The notes beneath the pieces are model-generated. The model saw only the letters and a program-made list of their open reading frames with translations, was not told the DNA's origin and searched no databases. Below are positions 19,417 to 29,817 of a stretch of 64,000 bases of DNA, in pieces. The stretch comes from Candidatus Multivoradales bacterium (GTDB lineage: Bacteria; Acidobacteriota; Thermoanaerobaculia; Multivoradales; Multivoraceae): assembly GCA_965223325.1 (NCBI GenBank), contig CBDCWI010000001.1, positions 1,792,001 through 1,856,000 on the forward strand, written 5' to 3'. Position 1 is the first letter of the stretch, and the number at the start of each line of letters is the position of its first letter. A program made the translations under genes and the position numbers.

Positions 19417-19974
19417 ATGCAGGACCCCACCAGAAACCGGCTCATTCACGGCGGCCACAAAGGCACCGAAGCAGAGTTCGGAAGCTGTGCGGAACGCTGG
19501 GGCGTGCCCGAAACCACGATCTCGTTCGAGGGGCACGACCTCTCGCGAGGCGTCGATGTCGACGTTCTCACTGATGGCGAGCTGGCGAGTGGCGACGTTT
19601 CGATGGAGATCGTCTTCGCGCGCCTCGGGCGTCGTTTCGCACGCGGGAAAGGGATCCGCCGGGTGATTCAGTCGATGTTCCACATCGTCAATCGTGGTGA
19701 TCACCTCTTCGCAATCGGCTGGATTCAGGAAGACGGGACCGTCAAAGGCGGAACTGGCTGGGGTGTCGAACTCGCCAAGTTCTTCAACCGCGGTATCCAC
19801 GTCTTCGACCAGGACAAAGAAAAGTGGTACCGCTTCACCGGCAGCGACTGGCAGGAAGACGACCCCACCATCCCGGAGAACAAGGCCTTTTCCGCCACCG
19901 GTACGCGGAACCTCACTCCCGCTGGACGGGCAGCGATCGAAGCGCTCTTCGTTTCCACCTACGGCCCACGCTGA
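19417..19974 (+). CDS. Conserved hypothetical protein, possibly SLOG/DprA-like nucleotide-binding fold
   Basis: GGHKGTE, GGTGWGVELAK and ATGTR Gly-rich motifs. ATG follows GGAGG. Confidence 0.65.
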   Translation: MQDPTRNRLIHGGHKGTEAEFGSCAERWGVPETTISFEGHDLSRGVDVDVLTDGELASGDVSMEIVFARLGRRFARGKGIRRVIQSMFHIVNRGDHLFAIGWIQEDGTVKGGTGWGVELAKFFNRGIHVFDQDKEKWYRFTGSDWQEDDPTIPENKAFSATGTRNLTPAGRAAIEALFVSTYGPR

Positions 19975-20032
19975 TTGAGGTCGGGCGGTCCACAGTTGCG
20001 CCTGGTCGCTCGACGCTGCCGATCGGTGACCC

Positions 20033-20839
20033 ATGACTAGGCTCGGCAACCACGCCACCACCCAGGGAGAGGCGTGCCTGAACTGTGGCGTGCCGCTCGG
20101 CGGCGCCTTCTGCTCGAATTGTGGCCAGGATGCGCGCACGCCCCTACGGCCGCTCGGCGACTGGCTGCGCGAAGCGTTCCGAGACCTGTGGGGCCTTGAT
20201 TTTCGAATTGCGGCGACCCTCCGCGCTCTCCTTCTTCGCCCTGGCGAACTCACGGCGGCGTACGCCAGGGGACAGCGGAAACCCTACACATCACCTTTCA
20301 AGCTGTACCTGGTGGTCAGTGCGGTGGCGATCGCCCTGATGGGTCTGACCGGGGTGATGCGCTTCGACCAGGTTCTCGGCGGAATGACGCCGGAACAACT
20401 GCAGCAGCTGGATTCCCTCCTCCCCGGGGTCGAACTGAGTGATCCCGTCGTGGCAGATCGCTTCGAGCGGCGTTTTAGCACCGCCCTTCCGATCCTCAAC
20501 CTCTTCACTCCCATCGGCGTGGCGCTGGCGCTTGCACTCCTCCGGCGCAAGGACTACTTCCATCTGCACTGGGTTTTCGGCCTGCACGTCGCCGCCGCTC
20601 AGGTCGCCTATACCACCCTCTTCGTACCGATGATGTGGCTGCCCGAGGGAGCCCGCGTCGCGCTCGCCGCTCTCGTCCTGCTCTTGCTGGCTGGCTATCT
20701 CTTTGTCGCCCTCCGCAAGGTCTACGGTGGCAGCATCGTGAGCGTTACGTTGACCTTCGTCGGGCTGATGATCAGCTACTTCGTGATCGTCAACCTTCTG
20801 TCGATCGCAGCGATCGCGATCACCCTCGCGACGTTGTAG
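20033..20839 (+). CDS. DUF3667-like membrane protein with N-terminal zinc ribbon
   Basis: CLNCG...FCSNCGQ, RPGELT..Y..G.R..Y.SP.KLYL, and multiple TMs. Confidence 0.85.
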   Translation: MTRLGNHATTQGEACLNCGVPLGGAFCSNCGQDARTPLRPLGDWLREAFRDLWGLDFRIAATLRALLLRPGELTAAYARGQRKPYTSPFKLYLVVSAVAIALMGLTGVMRFDQVLGGMTPEQLQQLDSLLPGVELSDPVVADRFERRFSTALPILNLFTPIGVALALALLRRKDYFHLHWVFGLHVAAAQVAYTTLFVPMMWLPEGARVALAALVLLLLAGYLFVALRKVYGGSIVSVTLTFVGLMISYFVIVNLLSIAAIAITLATL

Positions 20840-20861
20840 GTCGAGCGTCTCGCTGTCTGAA

Positions 20862-21962
20862 TCACTCGAGGAGATCGGCGCGCCGCATGACCATCTTCTC
20901 GGCCGTACTTTCCGTCAGCTGATAGACCCACGAACCGTGGTAGCTGTTGAAGCGCTGCACTTCGTCGTTACGCTTCAAGATCTCAGACTTCTCTTTGAGA
21001 CCTTCGTCGTCTTCGTCTTCGCCGAGCTCGATTCGGTCGACGCCGAGAAACGCTGAGATGCGCATGAAGGTGTCCTCGCCCGACTCGGCAACCATCACTG
21101 CGTAGCCGCTCTTGTCTTCGCGGGTGACCCGCAGGCCCCGGCGCCACTCGAGGGTCGTCACCTCAGGGGCATCGGCGCGAAAGACCTTGTCGTACTGAAG
21201 TCGGTAGAAGGCGCCCTTGACCTTGTTCAAGGCTCCCGTTGAGACCGTGTCGCTGCCAGCGTCAGCCAGAGTGAGCTCACCTTTGGTGGGCGGTGTCGTT
21301 TCGCCGTCTTCACCGACCTCACCTTCGATGACCGGGCGCTCCAGAACGAAGTCAGGACCCTCGACACGGTCGACTTCTCCCTGCTCGACGTTCGCCACTT
21401 CTTTTCGCAGGTAGCTGTCGATTGAAGTGTCGACTGAGACTGCACCGGCGCTCAGATAGATCGGCTGATCGGCGAGATCGAGACGCTGAACGTAACGACC
21501 GCCTCCTTCATCGGCGCGGTTACCGACGCGGACCTGCACCATCGGTTCACCGGCCTTGTTCTGAAGTAGGGCCTCGACGGTCTCGCTCCCGGGCGGCTCG
21601 ATGCCTAGTTCCTCCGCCAGCGACCCACCAGAGCCGACCTCTTTGTCGAGTTCCAGGTCGAGGAGCTCCTGGACCAGGCGATTGACCGACTCATTCTTGA
21701 CGATGTAGCCGTCTTTCTCGGCGAGGGTGAACTCATCGCGGCCTGCGGTGGTGTTTCCGTACACCTCGCTGCGTTCGAGCGTCAGCGTTTCTTCGCCTTT
21801 GGTGACCTTGATGGTGCCGATCTCGTCAGGGTCGAGGCCCTGGAGAAACTTCTGGCCGCTCTCGAAACGCTCACCGACGTTCGCATCCCGCCAGTAGGTG
21901 AACGCTGACAGCAGCATCGTGATGACAACGCCAATGAGGAGCTTCTGGTTGAGACCGCTCAT
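20862..21962 (-). CDS. DUF4340-like protein of Gld-type ABC operon
   Basis: N-terminal anchor. Last gene of the coupled ABC operon (ATGA overlap), which is the typical position. Confidence 0.75.
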   Translation of the reverse strand: MSGLNQKLLIGVVITMLLSAFTYWRDANVGERFESGQKFLQGLDPDEIGTIKVTKGEETLTLERSEVYGNTTAGRDEFTLAEKDGYIVKNESVNRLVQELLDLELDKEVGSGGSLAEELGIEPPGSETVEALLQNKAGEPMVQVRVGNRADEGGGRYVQRLDLADQPIYLSAGAVSVDTSIDSYLRKEVANVEQGEVDRVEGPDFVLERPVIEGEVGEDGETTPPTKGELTLADAGSDTVSTGALNKVKGAFYRLQYDKVFRADAPEVTTLEWRRGLRVTREDKSGYAVMVAESGEDTFMRISAFLGVDRIELGEDEDDEGLKEKSEILKRNDEVQRFNSYHGSWVYQLTESTAEKMVMRRADLLE

Positions 21963-24061
21963 GCCTGACCTCCGGACTGCTTCTCCGCGCCGCGCGCCGC
22001 CTGGGTCGTGAAACTGCTCTCACGCCGGTCGCTCCGGCGCCTGAATGCGCGCCAGCACCCGAGGGCCAGAATGACGAGGGGCATCCAGCCGAGGACCGCA
22101 AAGCGCACCGAACTCTCCTCGCGCTCTAAACGAGCGCGGCGATCTTTGCGAATCTCGCGCAGCTCGTTCTGCGCTTCGGTGATGCGCTCGTTGAGGTCTG
22201 CAACCTCGTCTTGAACCTGTTTCTGGAAGAGCGACGCATTGCGCGTCGTGATGGCACTCTGTTTGTCGCGCAGTTCCTGCTCGAAGTTCTCGATCTCGGC
22301 GCGAATCTGCTCTTCGCGCTCGAGCGTGTCCTGCTCGGCCTGTGCTTCGATGTCATCGAAGAGCTCGAAGGGCCGTCGCACCGGCCGTTTCGAGCGCACA
22401 CTCATGAGCTCTTCCGAGCCAAGCAGGTAGTCGACCGCGTTCAAGAAGACGCGATGGTTGTCGTTGGCCGCCTGGACCAGGCCAAAGGGGTTGCGTATGA
22501 AGGCGATTTGATCGGAGATGAAGTCGACGTCGGCAAACACGACCACTGCGCTGTCGGCTACTTCGGACGCGTCCAGTGGTTCGGCACGCACCATCTCGGT
22601 ACCTTCTGGCGGGGGCAACTCGATGCCGGGAGGCAACCCGGGTGGGCGCTCAGGCTCCTGTGCCGGGTACTCGACTCCCTGGGGAAAGGCCGTACCTAGT
22701 TTGCCGCGCACGACGTAGGCCATGGCTACCGGCTCGGTGCCGGGCTCGAAGGCATCGCGCAGCGCCGCCGGGTTGTTGAAGTCGGTGTAGGCCAGGCCGT
22801 CACCCTGGCCACCGATACCGGGCGTCACCGTCAAGGTGCTGCCGGAGGCGGTCGTGGTCACCAGGGGATAACGCTCGACATCGCTCGCTTCGCTGCTTCC
22901 GTTCTCGCCCTCGGGGGCGACCGGTTCGAGGGCACCCGCGAGCAGGAAGCGGAGGTTCGAAAGCCCCTGAACGACAGGACTGTCGGCGGCGAGCGCCGCC
23001 TTGGCGTCGTCGCCCGAGATGTCGAGATCGACCAGCAGGGTTTCAGCCCCGCCGTTGCCAAGCGGGCGCCGAACGGCGAGCTCAAAGTCGGCCACGAACT
23101 CGTTGGCCGGTCGTGCGAGTCCCCAGTGCTCGAGAAGCGGGCTGAGGTCAGAGGCAGGCTGATACTGGAGCGCCATCCACGGCTGCTGCGGGTTCTGCGG
23201 TGCCTGATCGTCGAGGGCATATGGATCGACGAAGGCGAGCAAGCGGCCGCCGCGGGCAACAAACTGATCGATCGCGAACAGCGTCTTCTGAGGCAGGTTC
23301 TTGGGGTGGATCACCACCAGAACGTCGTAGTCATCGGGCGAGATCTCCGTCGCGTTGGCCTCGACCTTCGAGGTCTCATAGAGCTCGTCGAGCAGTTGCA
23401 CGGCGATCCACTTGGGGGTCGGCTGCCGCCCCTGCGCCGCGAGCATCTGCGCCATGTAGGGGTCGTCGCCGCTGCCCGAGACCTCGAGGCTCGATAGAAC
23501 ACCTACGCGCTTCCTTTCAGACCAGACCAGCCGCGACAGCGCCTTGGTGATCTCGTACTCGACGTTCTCCTGCTCGTTCGGCCACAGGAACGGAATGACC
23601 TCGCGGCTTCCCGTCTGGGTCTCCAGCTCCAGGCCGAAGAAGAACTGATCGCCCTCCTGGTTGATCATCTTTCCTTCGAGCCCCGCGTCCGCCGCGTCCT
23701 GGGCTTCGTCGGTGTCGGGGATCGGGTCGACGAACCCGACGCGCACGCGGCCGTCGGAGGCGCGCTCGTACTCACGCAGGAGGCTGCGCAGGTAGCGCTC
23801 GTAGCCAATGAAGTCCTTGATGAACTTGGGCAGGGTCTTGCCGGTGGTCTCGGAGAAGTAGAGGGTGACGTCGACGGGCTTGACGCCTTCGTCGCTCATT
23901 CTCGCCAGCAGGCTCTTGCTGCCCTCGGTCAGCGAGTAGAGATCGTCCTGGGTCAGGTCGACCCGTACATCGGTCAGCCAACGGTCGAAAAGGTGGACCG
24001 AGAAAACGGTCAACAGGCCGACGAGTGAAATCGTGGCCCAGCGCGTGCGAAGGAACTCCAT
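21959..24061 (-). CDS. GldG-like ABC transporter auxiliary/substrate-binding component
   Basis: DLTQDDLYSLTEGS, EYEIT, IDQFVARGG.L..FVDP, ADVDF and N..VFLNAVDYL motifs. ATG 24061 follows AGGAG. Confidence 0.88.
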   Translation of the reverse strand: MEFLRTRWATISLVGLLTVFSVHLFDRWLTDVRVDLTQDDLYSLTEGSKSLLARMSDEGVKPVDVTLYFSETTGKTLPKFIKDFIGYERYLRSLLREYERASDGRVRVGFVDPIPDTDEAQDAADAGLEGKMINQEGDQFFFGLELETQTGSREVIPFLWPNEQENVEYEITKALSRLVWSERKRVGVLSSLEVSGSGDDPYMAQMLAAQGRQPTPKWIAVQLLDELYETSKVEANATEISPDDYDVLVVIHPKNLPQKTLFAIDQFVARGGRLLAFVDPYALDDQAPQNPQQPWMALQYQPASDLSPLLEHWGLARPANEFVADFELAVRRPLGNGGAETLLVDLDISGDDAKAALAADSPVVQGLSNLRFLLAGALEPVAPEGENGSSEASDVERYPLVTTTASGSTLTVTPGIGGQGDGLAYTDFNNPAALRDAFEPGTEPVAMAYVVRGKLGTAFPQGVEYPAQEPERPPGLPPGIELPPPEGTEMVRAEPLDASEVADSAVVVFADVDFISDQIAFIRNPFGLVQAANDNHRVFLNAVDYLLGSEELMSVRSKRPVRRPFELFDDIEAQAEQDTLEREEQIRAEIENFEQELRDKQSAITTRNASLFQKQVQDEVADLNERITEAQNELREIRKDRRARLEREESSVRFAVLGWMPLVILALGCWRAFRRRSDRRESSFTTQAARGAEKQSGGQA

Positions 24062-24071
24062 CTTCTTGCTC

Positions 24072-24824
24072 CTACTGGTTCTTCGTCTGGTGGAGGGTGA
24101 CCATGCCCGCGACCAACCAGCCAACGGTGAACACCGCGAAGAACAACAAGGTCCGCAGCTCGATGAGGCCGCGGGTCATGGTTTCGAAGTGGTCGAGGAG
24201 GCTGATGCTGGCCACCAGTTGCTCCGGGTAACCGCCAAAGATGTTGCCAACGGCCTGCTGAGTCTGGGGCAGGCCAAAGAGAAGGAAGAGCACCGAAGCG
24301 GCGACCGCCAGAATGAAGGCCACGACCTGGTTCTTCGACATGGCTGAGAACAACATGCCGACCGCCAGGAACGCGCCGGCCGACAGGAAGCAGGCCAGAT
24401 AGCCAGCGAAAATCGCTCCCCAGTCAGGGTCGCCGAGCCGCATGACCTGAAGCACCGCCGGCCAGGTACAAAGCAGCGACACACCGAGAAAGGCCCAGCC
24501 GGCCAAGAACTTGCCGAGATAGGAACCCTCGAGCGTGACCGGCAGGGTGAGCAGCAACTCGACGGTCCCGCTCTTTCTTTCTTCGGCCCACAGGCGCATC
24601 GCAACGGCCGGCACCAGGACCACCAACAACCAGGGAATGTAGGTAAAGAGCGCGTCGAGGTTCGCTTCGCGCAGCTCGAGGAAACGACCGAAGTCGCGCG
24701 AAACCATCAACCAGCCGCTGGCGACCAGGAAGATCACGATGAAGATGTAGCCCAGGGGCGAGGAGAAGTAGCCCTTGAACTCGCGCTCGAAAACCGCGTC
24801 GAGACCTGCGAGGCGATCGTTCAT
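24072..24824 (-). CDS. ABC-2 type permease (GldF-like)
   Basis: REFKGYFSSPLGY, MRLWAEERKSGTVELLLTLP, GKFLA and NQVVAF motifs. Confidence 0.92.
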   Translation of the reverse strand: MNDRLAGLDAVFEREFKGYFSSPLGYIFIVIFLVASGWLMVSRDFGRFLELREANLDALFTYIPWLLVVLVPAVAMRLWAEERKSGTVELLLTLPVTLEGSYLGKFLAGWAFLGVSLLCTWPAVLQVMRLGDPDWGAIFAGYLACFLSAGAFLAVGMLFSAMSKNQVVAFILAVAASVLFLLFGLPQTQQAVGNIFGGYPEQLVASISLLDHFETMTRGLIELRTLLFFAVFTVGWLVAGMVTLHQTKNQ

Positions 24825-25642
24825 GCTGCAACCCCTCCGGTGATCTTGCGAAAGTAGTCGTCGAGGCGGCCAGTCGGCGACTCCGCCATCAGCGCTTCGG
24901 GCGTCGAGTCGACCAGGATGGCACCGCCCGAGAGAATGACCGCACGATCACACACGCGTTCGGCCTCGTCGAGGATGTGAGTCGAGAGAATCACCGCCTT
25001 GTCTTCGAGACCGGCGATCAAGTCCTGTACCAGTGCCTTCTGGTTGGGATCGAGACCGTCGGTCGGCTCGTCGAGAATCAAGACCTCGGGGTCGTGAATG
25101 AGCGCCTGTGCGAGACCGACGCGACGCTTGAAGCCCTTGGACAAGGTCTCGATGGTCTGACCTACGACAGCGTGCAGACCGGTGCGGTCGACAACCACTT
25201 CGGCACGCTTCTGGCCGTCGTCGAGACGTCGCACGCGGGCTACGAACTCGAGAAAGTCACAGACCGTCATTTCGCCGTAGGCTGGCGCGTTCTCCGGCAG
25301 GTAGCCGATCTTGCGACGTGCTTCGAGCGAATGCTCGCGAACGTCGAAGCCGGCGACCTTGACGCTGCCGGTATCAGGTTCGAGAAAGCCGGTGATCATC
25401 TTCATCGCCGTTGTCTTGCCGGCGCCGTTGGGGCCCAGAAAGGCCAGCACGTCGCCGCGACGAACCGTAAACGAAATGTCGTCGACAGCTCTGAGATCGC
25501 CGTAGTGTTTACTGAGATTCTCGACCTCGACCAACGCGTCGCCGGCCGTCTCGCGGCTGGCAGGTTCGCTGGGGGCGCTGTTTGATTCCAGGTCTTCGTC
25601 GTGTTCGGACATCGAATGAGACTCCCGAATCGTTGGGTTCAT
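24821..25642 (-). CDS. ABC transporter ATP-binding protein (GldA-like)
   Basis: Walker A GPNGAGKTT, signature LSKG, Walker B ILDEPT and STH. Confidence 0.95.
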   Translation of the reverse strand: MNPTIRESHSMSEHDEDLESNSAPSEPASRETAGDALVEVENLSKHYGDLRAVDDISFTVRRGDVLAFLGPNGAGKTTAMKMITGFLEPDTGSVKVAGFDVREHSLEARRKIGYLPENAPAYGEMTVCDFLEFVARVRRLDDGQKRAEVVVDRTGLHAVVGQTIETLSKGFKRRVGLAQALIHDPEVLILDEPTDGLDPNQKALVQDLIAGLEDKAVILSTHILDEAERVCDRAVILSGGAILVDSTPEALMAESPTGRLDDYFRKITGGVAA

Positions 25643-25952
25643 GGATCCTGACGAGCTGTGCCGAACCGCTGCGGTGGCGCGGGCTTGGCTTGAAGCCGCT
25701 CGACTCGTGAGAGAACAACGCCGTCAGTTGGCGTCTGGTTCCAATGCTGAGCCGGGCGCTCAGCGCGACCGATGGGTAACTTGGTCACATTTTCTACACC
25801 GTTCCACACCCCGATCGCAAGGGGTCCTCGACCCGCAGGCAAGAGACCGCGGGAAGGTCGTTGGGGCCCGCGAGCCACTGGTACCATCGCCCCGCTTCAA
25901 CCCTCTGACGACGGGGCAATCCCGCCTCTCGGTGCGCTGCGGACCCACGAAT

Positions 25953-28586
25953 ATGCGTCTTGATCAATTCACTGCGACTCTGTCTACCACGACCCTGGGC
26001 CTCGCCATTGCCTCGGCGCTTGCCTCTCCGGCTCTCGTGGCGGCACCCGTCAGCCTGGCGGACTACCTGCCGAGCGGCTCTCAGTACGCCGAAGACATCC
26101 CCAGGCCTGCCGAAGTTCTGGGTTTCGAGGTCGGCGAATGGCATGTGCGCCACGACCTTCTGGTGGAGTACATGAAGGCGGTCGCCGAAGCCTCCGACCG
26201 GGCGCGCTTCGAGATCCAGGGCACCACTCACGAGGATCGCAAGCAGACGCTCCTCGTCATCACCAGCCCCGACAATATGGAGCGTCTCGATCAGATCCGC
26301 GAAGATCACCGGGCGCTCTCTGACCCAGCGCGCTCGGGAGACATCGACCTCGAGAACCTGCCGGCTGTTGTTTTTCTGGGCTACTCCATTCATGGCAACG
26401 AGGCTTCGGGTTCCAACGCCTCGATGCTGACTGCCTACCACCTCACCGCATCACGTTCACCGGAGGTGATGAGCTGGCTCGAGCGGGTTGTGGTGCTGCT
26501 CGACCCGAGTCTCAACCCAGACGGCCTGGGTCGCTTCGCGCAGTGGGTCAACATGCACCGCGCCACCGGTCCGCTGATCGCCGACTCGCAGAACCGCGAG
26601 CACAACGAAGTCTGGCCCGGCGGCCGCACCAACCACTACTGGTTCGACCTCAACCGTGACTGGCTCCTGCTGCAGCACCCTGAATCGCGCAACCGGGTGC
26701 GCACCTTCCACGCCTGGAAGCCCGATCTGCTCGGCGACTTTCACGAGATGGGCACCAACAGCACCTTCTTCTTCCAGCCCGGCATTCCGGAGCGCAAGAA
26801 CCCCAACATCCCCGACAGCAATGTCGAATTGACCGAGCGCCTGGCCGAGTTCCACGCCAAGAACCTGGTCGAGTCGGGCAAGCGGCTGTTCTACACCCAG
26901 GAGTCGTTCGACGACTTCTACCCCGGCAAAGGCTCGACCTACCCCGACATTCAGGGGTCCGTTGGTGTCCTCTTCGAGCAGGCCAGCGCGCGCGGTCACG
27001 TCCAGGAGAGCGTCAACGGCGACTTGACCTTCCCGTTTGGCATCAAGAACCACTTCCTGGCGTCGCTTTCGATGGTCGAAGGCCTGGCTGAGAACCGCCG
27101 AGCCTTTCTCGAACATCGCCGCGATTTCGTGCGCGAGCGCATGGCGACCCTGGGCAGCCAGGCACACCCGGGTTACATCTACGGCACCGCCGGAGACCCC
27201 GGGCGTATGCAACAGATCGACTCCATCCTGCTCGGCCATGACGTCGAGGTCTACCCGCTCACCGAAGAGGTGACCGTCGACGGGGCGACATTCGAGCCCG
27301 AGTGGGCACGCTACGTTCCGCTCTCCCAGCCGCAGGCGACGTTGATCGAGACGCTGTTTACCACCCAGACCGAGTTCGAAAGCTCGATCTTCTACGACGT
27401 TTCGACCTGGACGCTGCCCCTCGCCTTCGACGTCTCCTTTGCCGCCGCACCGCGCGGCATCAGAGCCGGCTCGGAGCCGTTGACCGAAGCCGTTCTACCA
27501 CCTGGCAAGAAGGCGAGCACCAGTGGAGATGTCTACGCTTGGCTGTTCGACTGGCGGAGCGAGACGGCACCGCGGGCGTTGCAGCGCCTCCATGAGGCGG
27601 GCGCCCAGGTGCGGGTTCTAACCCGCGACTCGACTCTCGAGAGCGACTCCGGCAGACGGGTCTTTCCGCCGGGTACGGTGGTGGTGCCGGCAGGCCTCGA
27701 GGCGAATGGCGCAGGTGCCCTCGAAGAGGCCCTCGAAGAGATCGCCACGGTCGACGGCATCGACATCTACACGGTCACCAGCGGCCTCGCCCTTGGCGGC
27801 ATCGATGTGGGTAGCCCGTCGGCGCGACCAATCGACGCACCCAAGGTCGCGATCGTCTATGGCGACACCATTTCGAGCTACCGGGTGGGCGAGCTCTGGC
27901 ATCTACTCGACCATCGCTACCAGGTGCCGGTGAGCCTGGTCGAGAGCGGAGACCTCGGCCAGCTCGACCTCGAGCGCTACACTCACCTGGTTTTTCCGGA
28001 CGGTAATCCACAACTGAGCGACGGAACGCGCGACAGCGTCCGCGCATGGACTCGAAACGGCGGCACAGTCATCGGCACCGGCACGGCTGCTGTCTGGGCT
28101 GGTGACGCTCTCTTGGGCCGCAGCGGTGGCACCGCCAGCGACAGCGAAGCGAGCGAAGAGACCGGCCGCGAACTCCGTCAATACGGAGACTTCGAGGACC
28201 AGCGTGCCGAAGAGATCCTCGCCGGCGCCTTCTTCGGCGGTCATCTCGACACCACCCATCCGCTGGCCTACGGCTACCCCGACGCGCAGCTGGCCTTCTT
28301 CCGCATCCATACGCAGCTCATGCCGCCCAGCCCCAACCCCTTCGAGAATCTCGCCTGGTACAACGAGGGCGATCCACGCCTCTCGGGGTACTCCTCACCA
28401 TCGAACCGCGAGCGCCTGGCCGGTCAACCGGCAGCCATTGCCAGTAAGCTCGGCTCGGGCCTTGTCGTGCAACTGATCGACCCGGTCTCGTTTCGCTCCT
28501 GGGTGCGCGGCCCCAACCGCTTATTCCTCAACGCCATCTTCCTCGCCGACGCTGTATCCCACACCAGTTCGCCCGACAACTGGTAG
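25953..28586 (+). CDS. M14 zinc carboxypeptidase family protein, secreted
   Basis: HGNE, NPDG, DLNRD and DFHEM motifs. Signal peptide from ATG 25953. Confidence 0.92.
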   Translation: MRLDQFTATLSTTTLGLAIASALASPALVAAPVSLADYLPSGSQYAEDIPRPAEVLGFEVGEWHVRHDLLVEYMKAVAEASDRARFEIQGTTHEDRKQTLLVITSPDNMERLDQIREDHRALSDPARSGDIDLENLPAVVFLGYSIHGNEASGSNASMLTAYHLTASRSPEVMSWLERVVVLLDPSLNPDGLGRFAQWVNMHRATGPLIADSQNREHNEVWPGGRTNHYWFDLNRDWLLLQHPESRNRVRTFHAWKPDLLGDFHEMGTNSTFFFQPGIPERKNPNIPDSNVELTERLAEFHAKNLVESGKRLFYTQESFDDFYPGKGSTYPDIQGSVGVLFEQASARGHVQESVNGDLTFPFGIKNHFLASLSMVEGLAENRRAFLEHRRDFVRERMATLGSQAHPGYIYGTAGDPGRMQQIDSILLGHDVEVYPLTEEVTVDGATFEPEWARYVPLSQPQATLIETLFTTQTEFESSIFYDVSTWTLPLAFDVSFAAAPRGIRAGSEPLTEAVLPPGKKASTSGDVYAWLFDWRSETAPRALQRLHEAGAQVRVLTRDSTLESDSGRRVFPPGTVVVPAGLEANGAGALEEALEEIATVDGIDIYTVTSGLALGGIDVGSPSARPIDAPKVAIVYGDTISSYRVGELWHLLDHRYQVPVSLVESGDLGQLDLERYTHLVFPDGNPQLSDGTRDSVRAWTRNGGTVIGTGTAAVWAGDALLGRSGGTASDSEASEETGRELRQYGDFEDQRAEEILAGAFFGGHLDTTHPLAYGYPDAQLAFFRIHTQLMPPSPNPFENLAWYNEGDPRLSGYSSPSNRERLAGQPAAIASKLGSGLVVQLIDPVSFRSWVRGPNRLFLNAIFLADAVSHTSSPDNW

Positions 28587-28617
28587 ACGGTCGCTCCCCT
28601 ACCGCTCGTCACGACCG

Positions 28618-28983
28618 ATGATCGACCTCGACGAACGCCAGTTCCGTCGTCTCGTCGAAGACGCCATGGACAGCCTGCCGGAGGAGTTCGCCGCGCTTCT
28701 CGACAACGTCTACGTGACGGTGGAAGATGAGCCGTCGATAGAAGACTTAGAAGCCGTCGGCGCCGACCCTGAGGAGGGCGACCTGCTCGGCATCTACCAC
28801 GGAGTCCCGCTCGAGTTCCGCGGCGAAGGCTACTCCGCTCTGCCCGACCGCGTCGTGTTGTACCGCCTCCCCATCCTGTGGATCTGCGAAACACGGGCTG
28901 ACGTCGTCAAAGAAGTGCGCGACACCCTGGTTCACGAGCTCGGGCATCATTTTGGTCTCGACGACGATCAAATGCCCTTCTGA
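28618..28983 (+). CDS. Minimal zincin (Zincin_1) metallopeptidase family protein
   Basis: LLGIYHGVP, PDRVVLYR and HELGHHFG motifs. Confidence 0.9.
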   Translation: MIDLDERQFRRLVEDAMDSLPEEFAALLDNVYVTVEDEPSIEDLEAVGADPEEGDLLGIYHGVPLEFRGEGYSALPDRVVLYRLPILWICETRADVVKEVRDTLVHELGHHFGLDDDQMPF

Positions 28984-29018
28984 GTCGCGCCACTGAAGCG
29001 ACTCCAGTGTGTGGTTGG

Positions 29019-29423
29019 TCAGCGGCGCCATAACTGCAGGGGAACATGATCTGCAGCATGCTCGAAGTCTCGATCGGTGCTCAACAGGGCCAGCTCATGG
29101 CGAATTGCCAGTTGTACCAGAAGAGCGTCAATCGTTCCGAGCTGCACGCCGTTCCTGCGACACTGATCGCGCACAGCGGCGGCCTCGACATGGTCGTCAC
29201 GGTCGGGCGTTATCGTCGGCAGGGCGGCGAAGCGGTCCAGAATGGCGTCGCGCTGGCGCAGGCCGCGAAAGCCCTGCAGGAGCTCCTGCAGAACGAAACC
29301 AGTCGTATAAACAGACTCTCTCGCCAGCAGTGCGTCGCGAAGCCGAGAAACCTCCTCCGCCGGGTCGACCTCGTCGCGGCGAAGCGCCAGCGACCAGACA
29401 CTGGTGTCGACGAGAAAGTTCAC
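29019..29423 (-). CDS. vapC: VapC PIN-domain toxin
   Basis: LVDTSVW, ELLQG, IDAL and STDRDF acidic PIN motifs. Confidence 0.92.
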   Translation of the reverse strand: MNFLVDTSVWSLALRRDEVDPAEEVSRLRDALLARESVYTTGFVLQELLQGFRGLRQRDAILDRFAALPTITPDRDDHVEAAAVRDQCRRNGVQLGTIDALLVQLAIRHELALLSTDRDFEHAADHVPLQLWRR

Positions 29424-29451
29424 GATCCCAAGGAGAAGGGCCCGTCAGGCA

Positions 29452-29679
29452 TCAACGTTCGGACACGTTCTCGAATCGTGAACCTCGAGAACGCTCCTTC
29501 TTGTAGTCGAAGCTGTGGTCCCATTCGAGGACCCCGAAGAGGTCGAGGATTCGTGCCTGCTCTCGTCGGGCAATGAACTCTTCAAGAGCGCGAGTCACCG
29601 CTGCTGTCTTCGTCTTCTCGCCACTGGCTTCGAGGGCCCGATTCAAAAGGTCCGGATCGAGTGCAAGGAACTCGCACAA
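29452..29679 (-). CDS. vapB: VapB-family antitoxin (N-terminus atypical)
   Basis: LALDPDLL..A...G.KTK.AAV..ALEEFI RHH-like pattern directly upstream of vapC. Only a TTG start is available. Confidence 0.75.
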   Translation of the reverse strand: MCEFLALDPDLLNRALEASGEKTKTAAVTRALEEFIARREQARILDLFGVLEWDHSFDYKKERSRGSRFENVSER

Positions 29680-29817
29680 ATGAACGGAAAGTTAGCAACC
29701 GGAAAGCTAGAGAGAGCCTCGTTGGGAGATCCAACGAGCATCCGAGATGGGCGCATCCCCACCGGGCTCTGACTTTTTGTCGGTCAAGGAATCGCCTCGA
29801 AGATGTGCTGCCCACTC

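Noticed and set aside
20862-25642. Gliding motility locus
   Set aside because: GldA/F/G-like ABC systems with DUF4340 are widespread outside Bacteroidota, and no other gld/spr genes are present.
29700-29817. tRNA-Sec or other RNA gene upstream of vapB
   Set aside because: Only a simple ctcgttgg/ccaacgag hairpin; no TCA anticodon arm, T-loop or acceptor stem.
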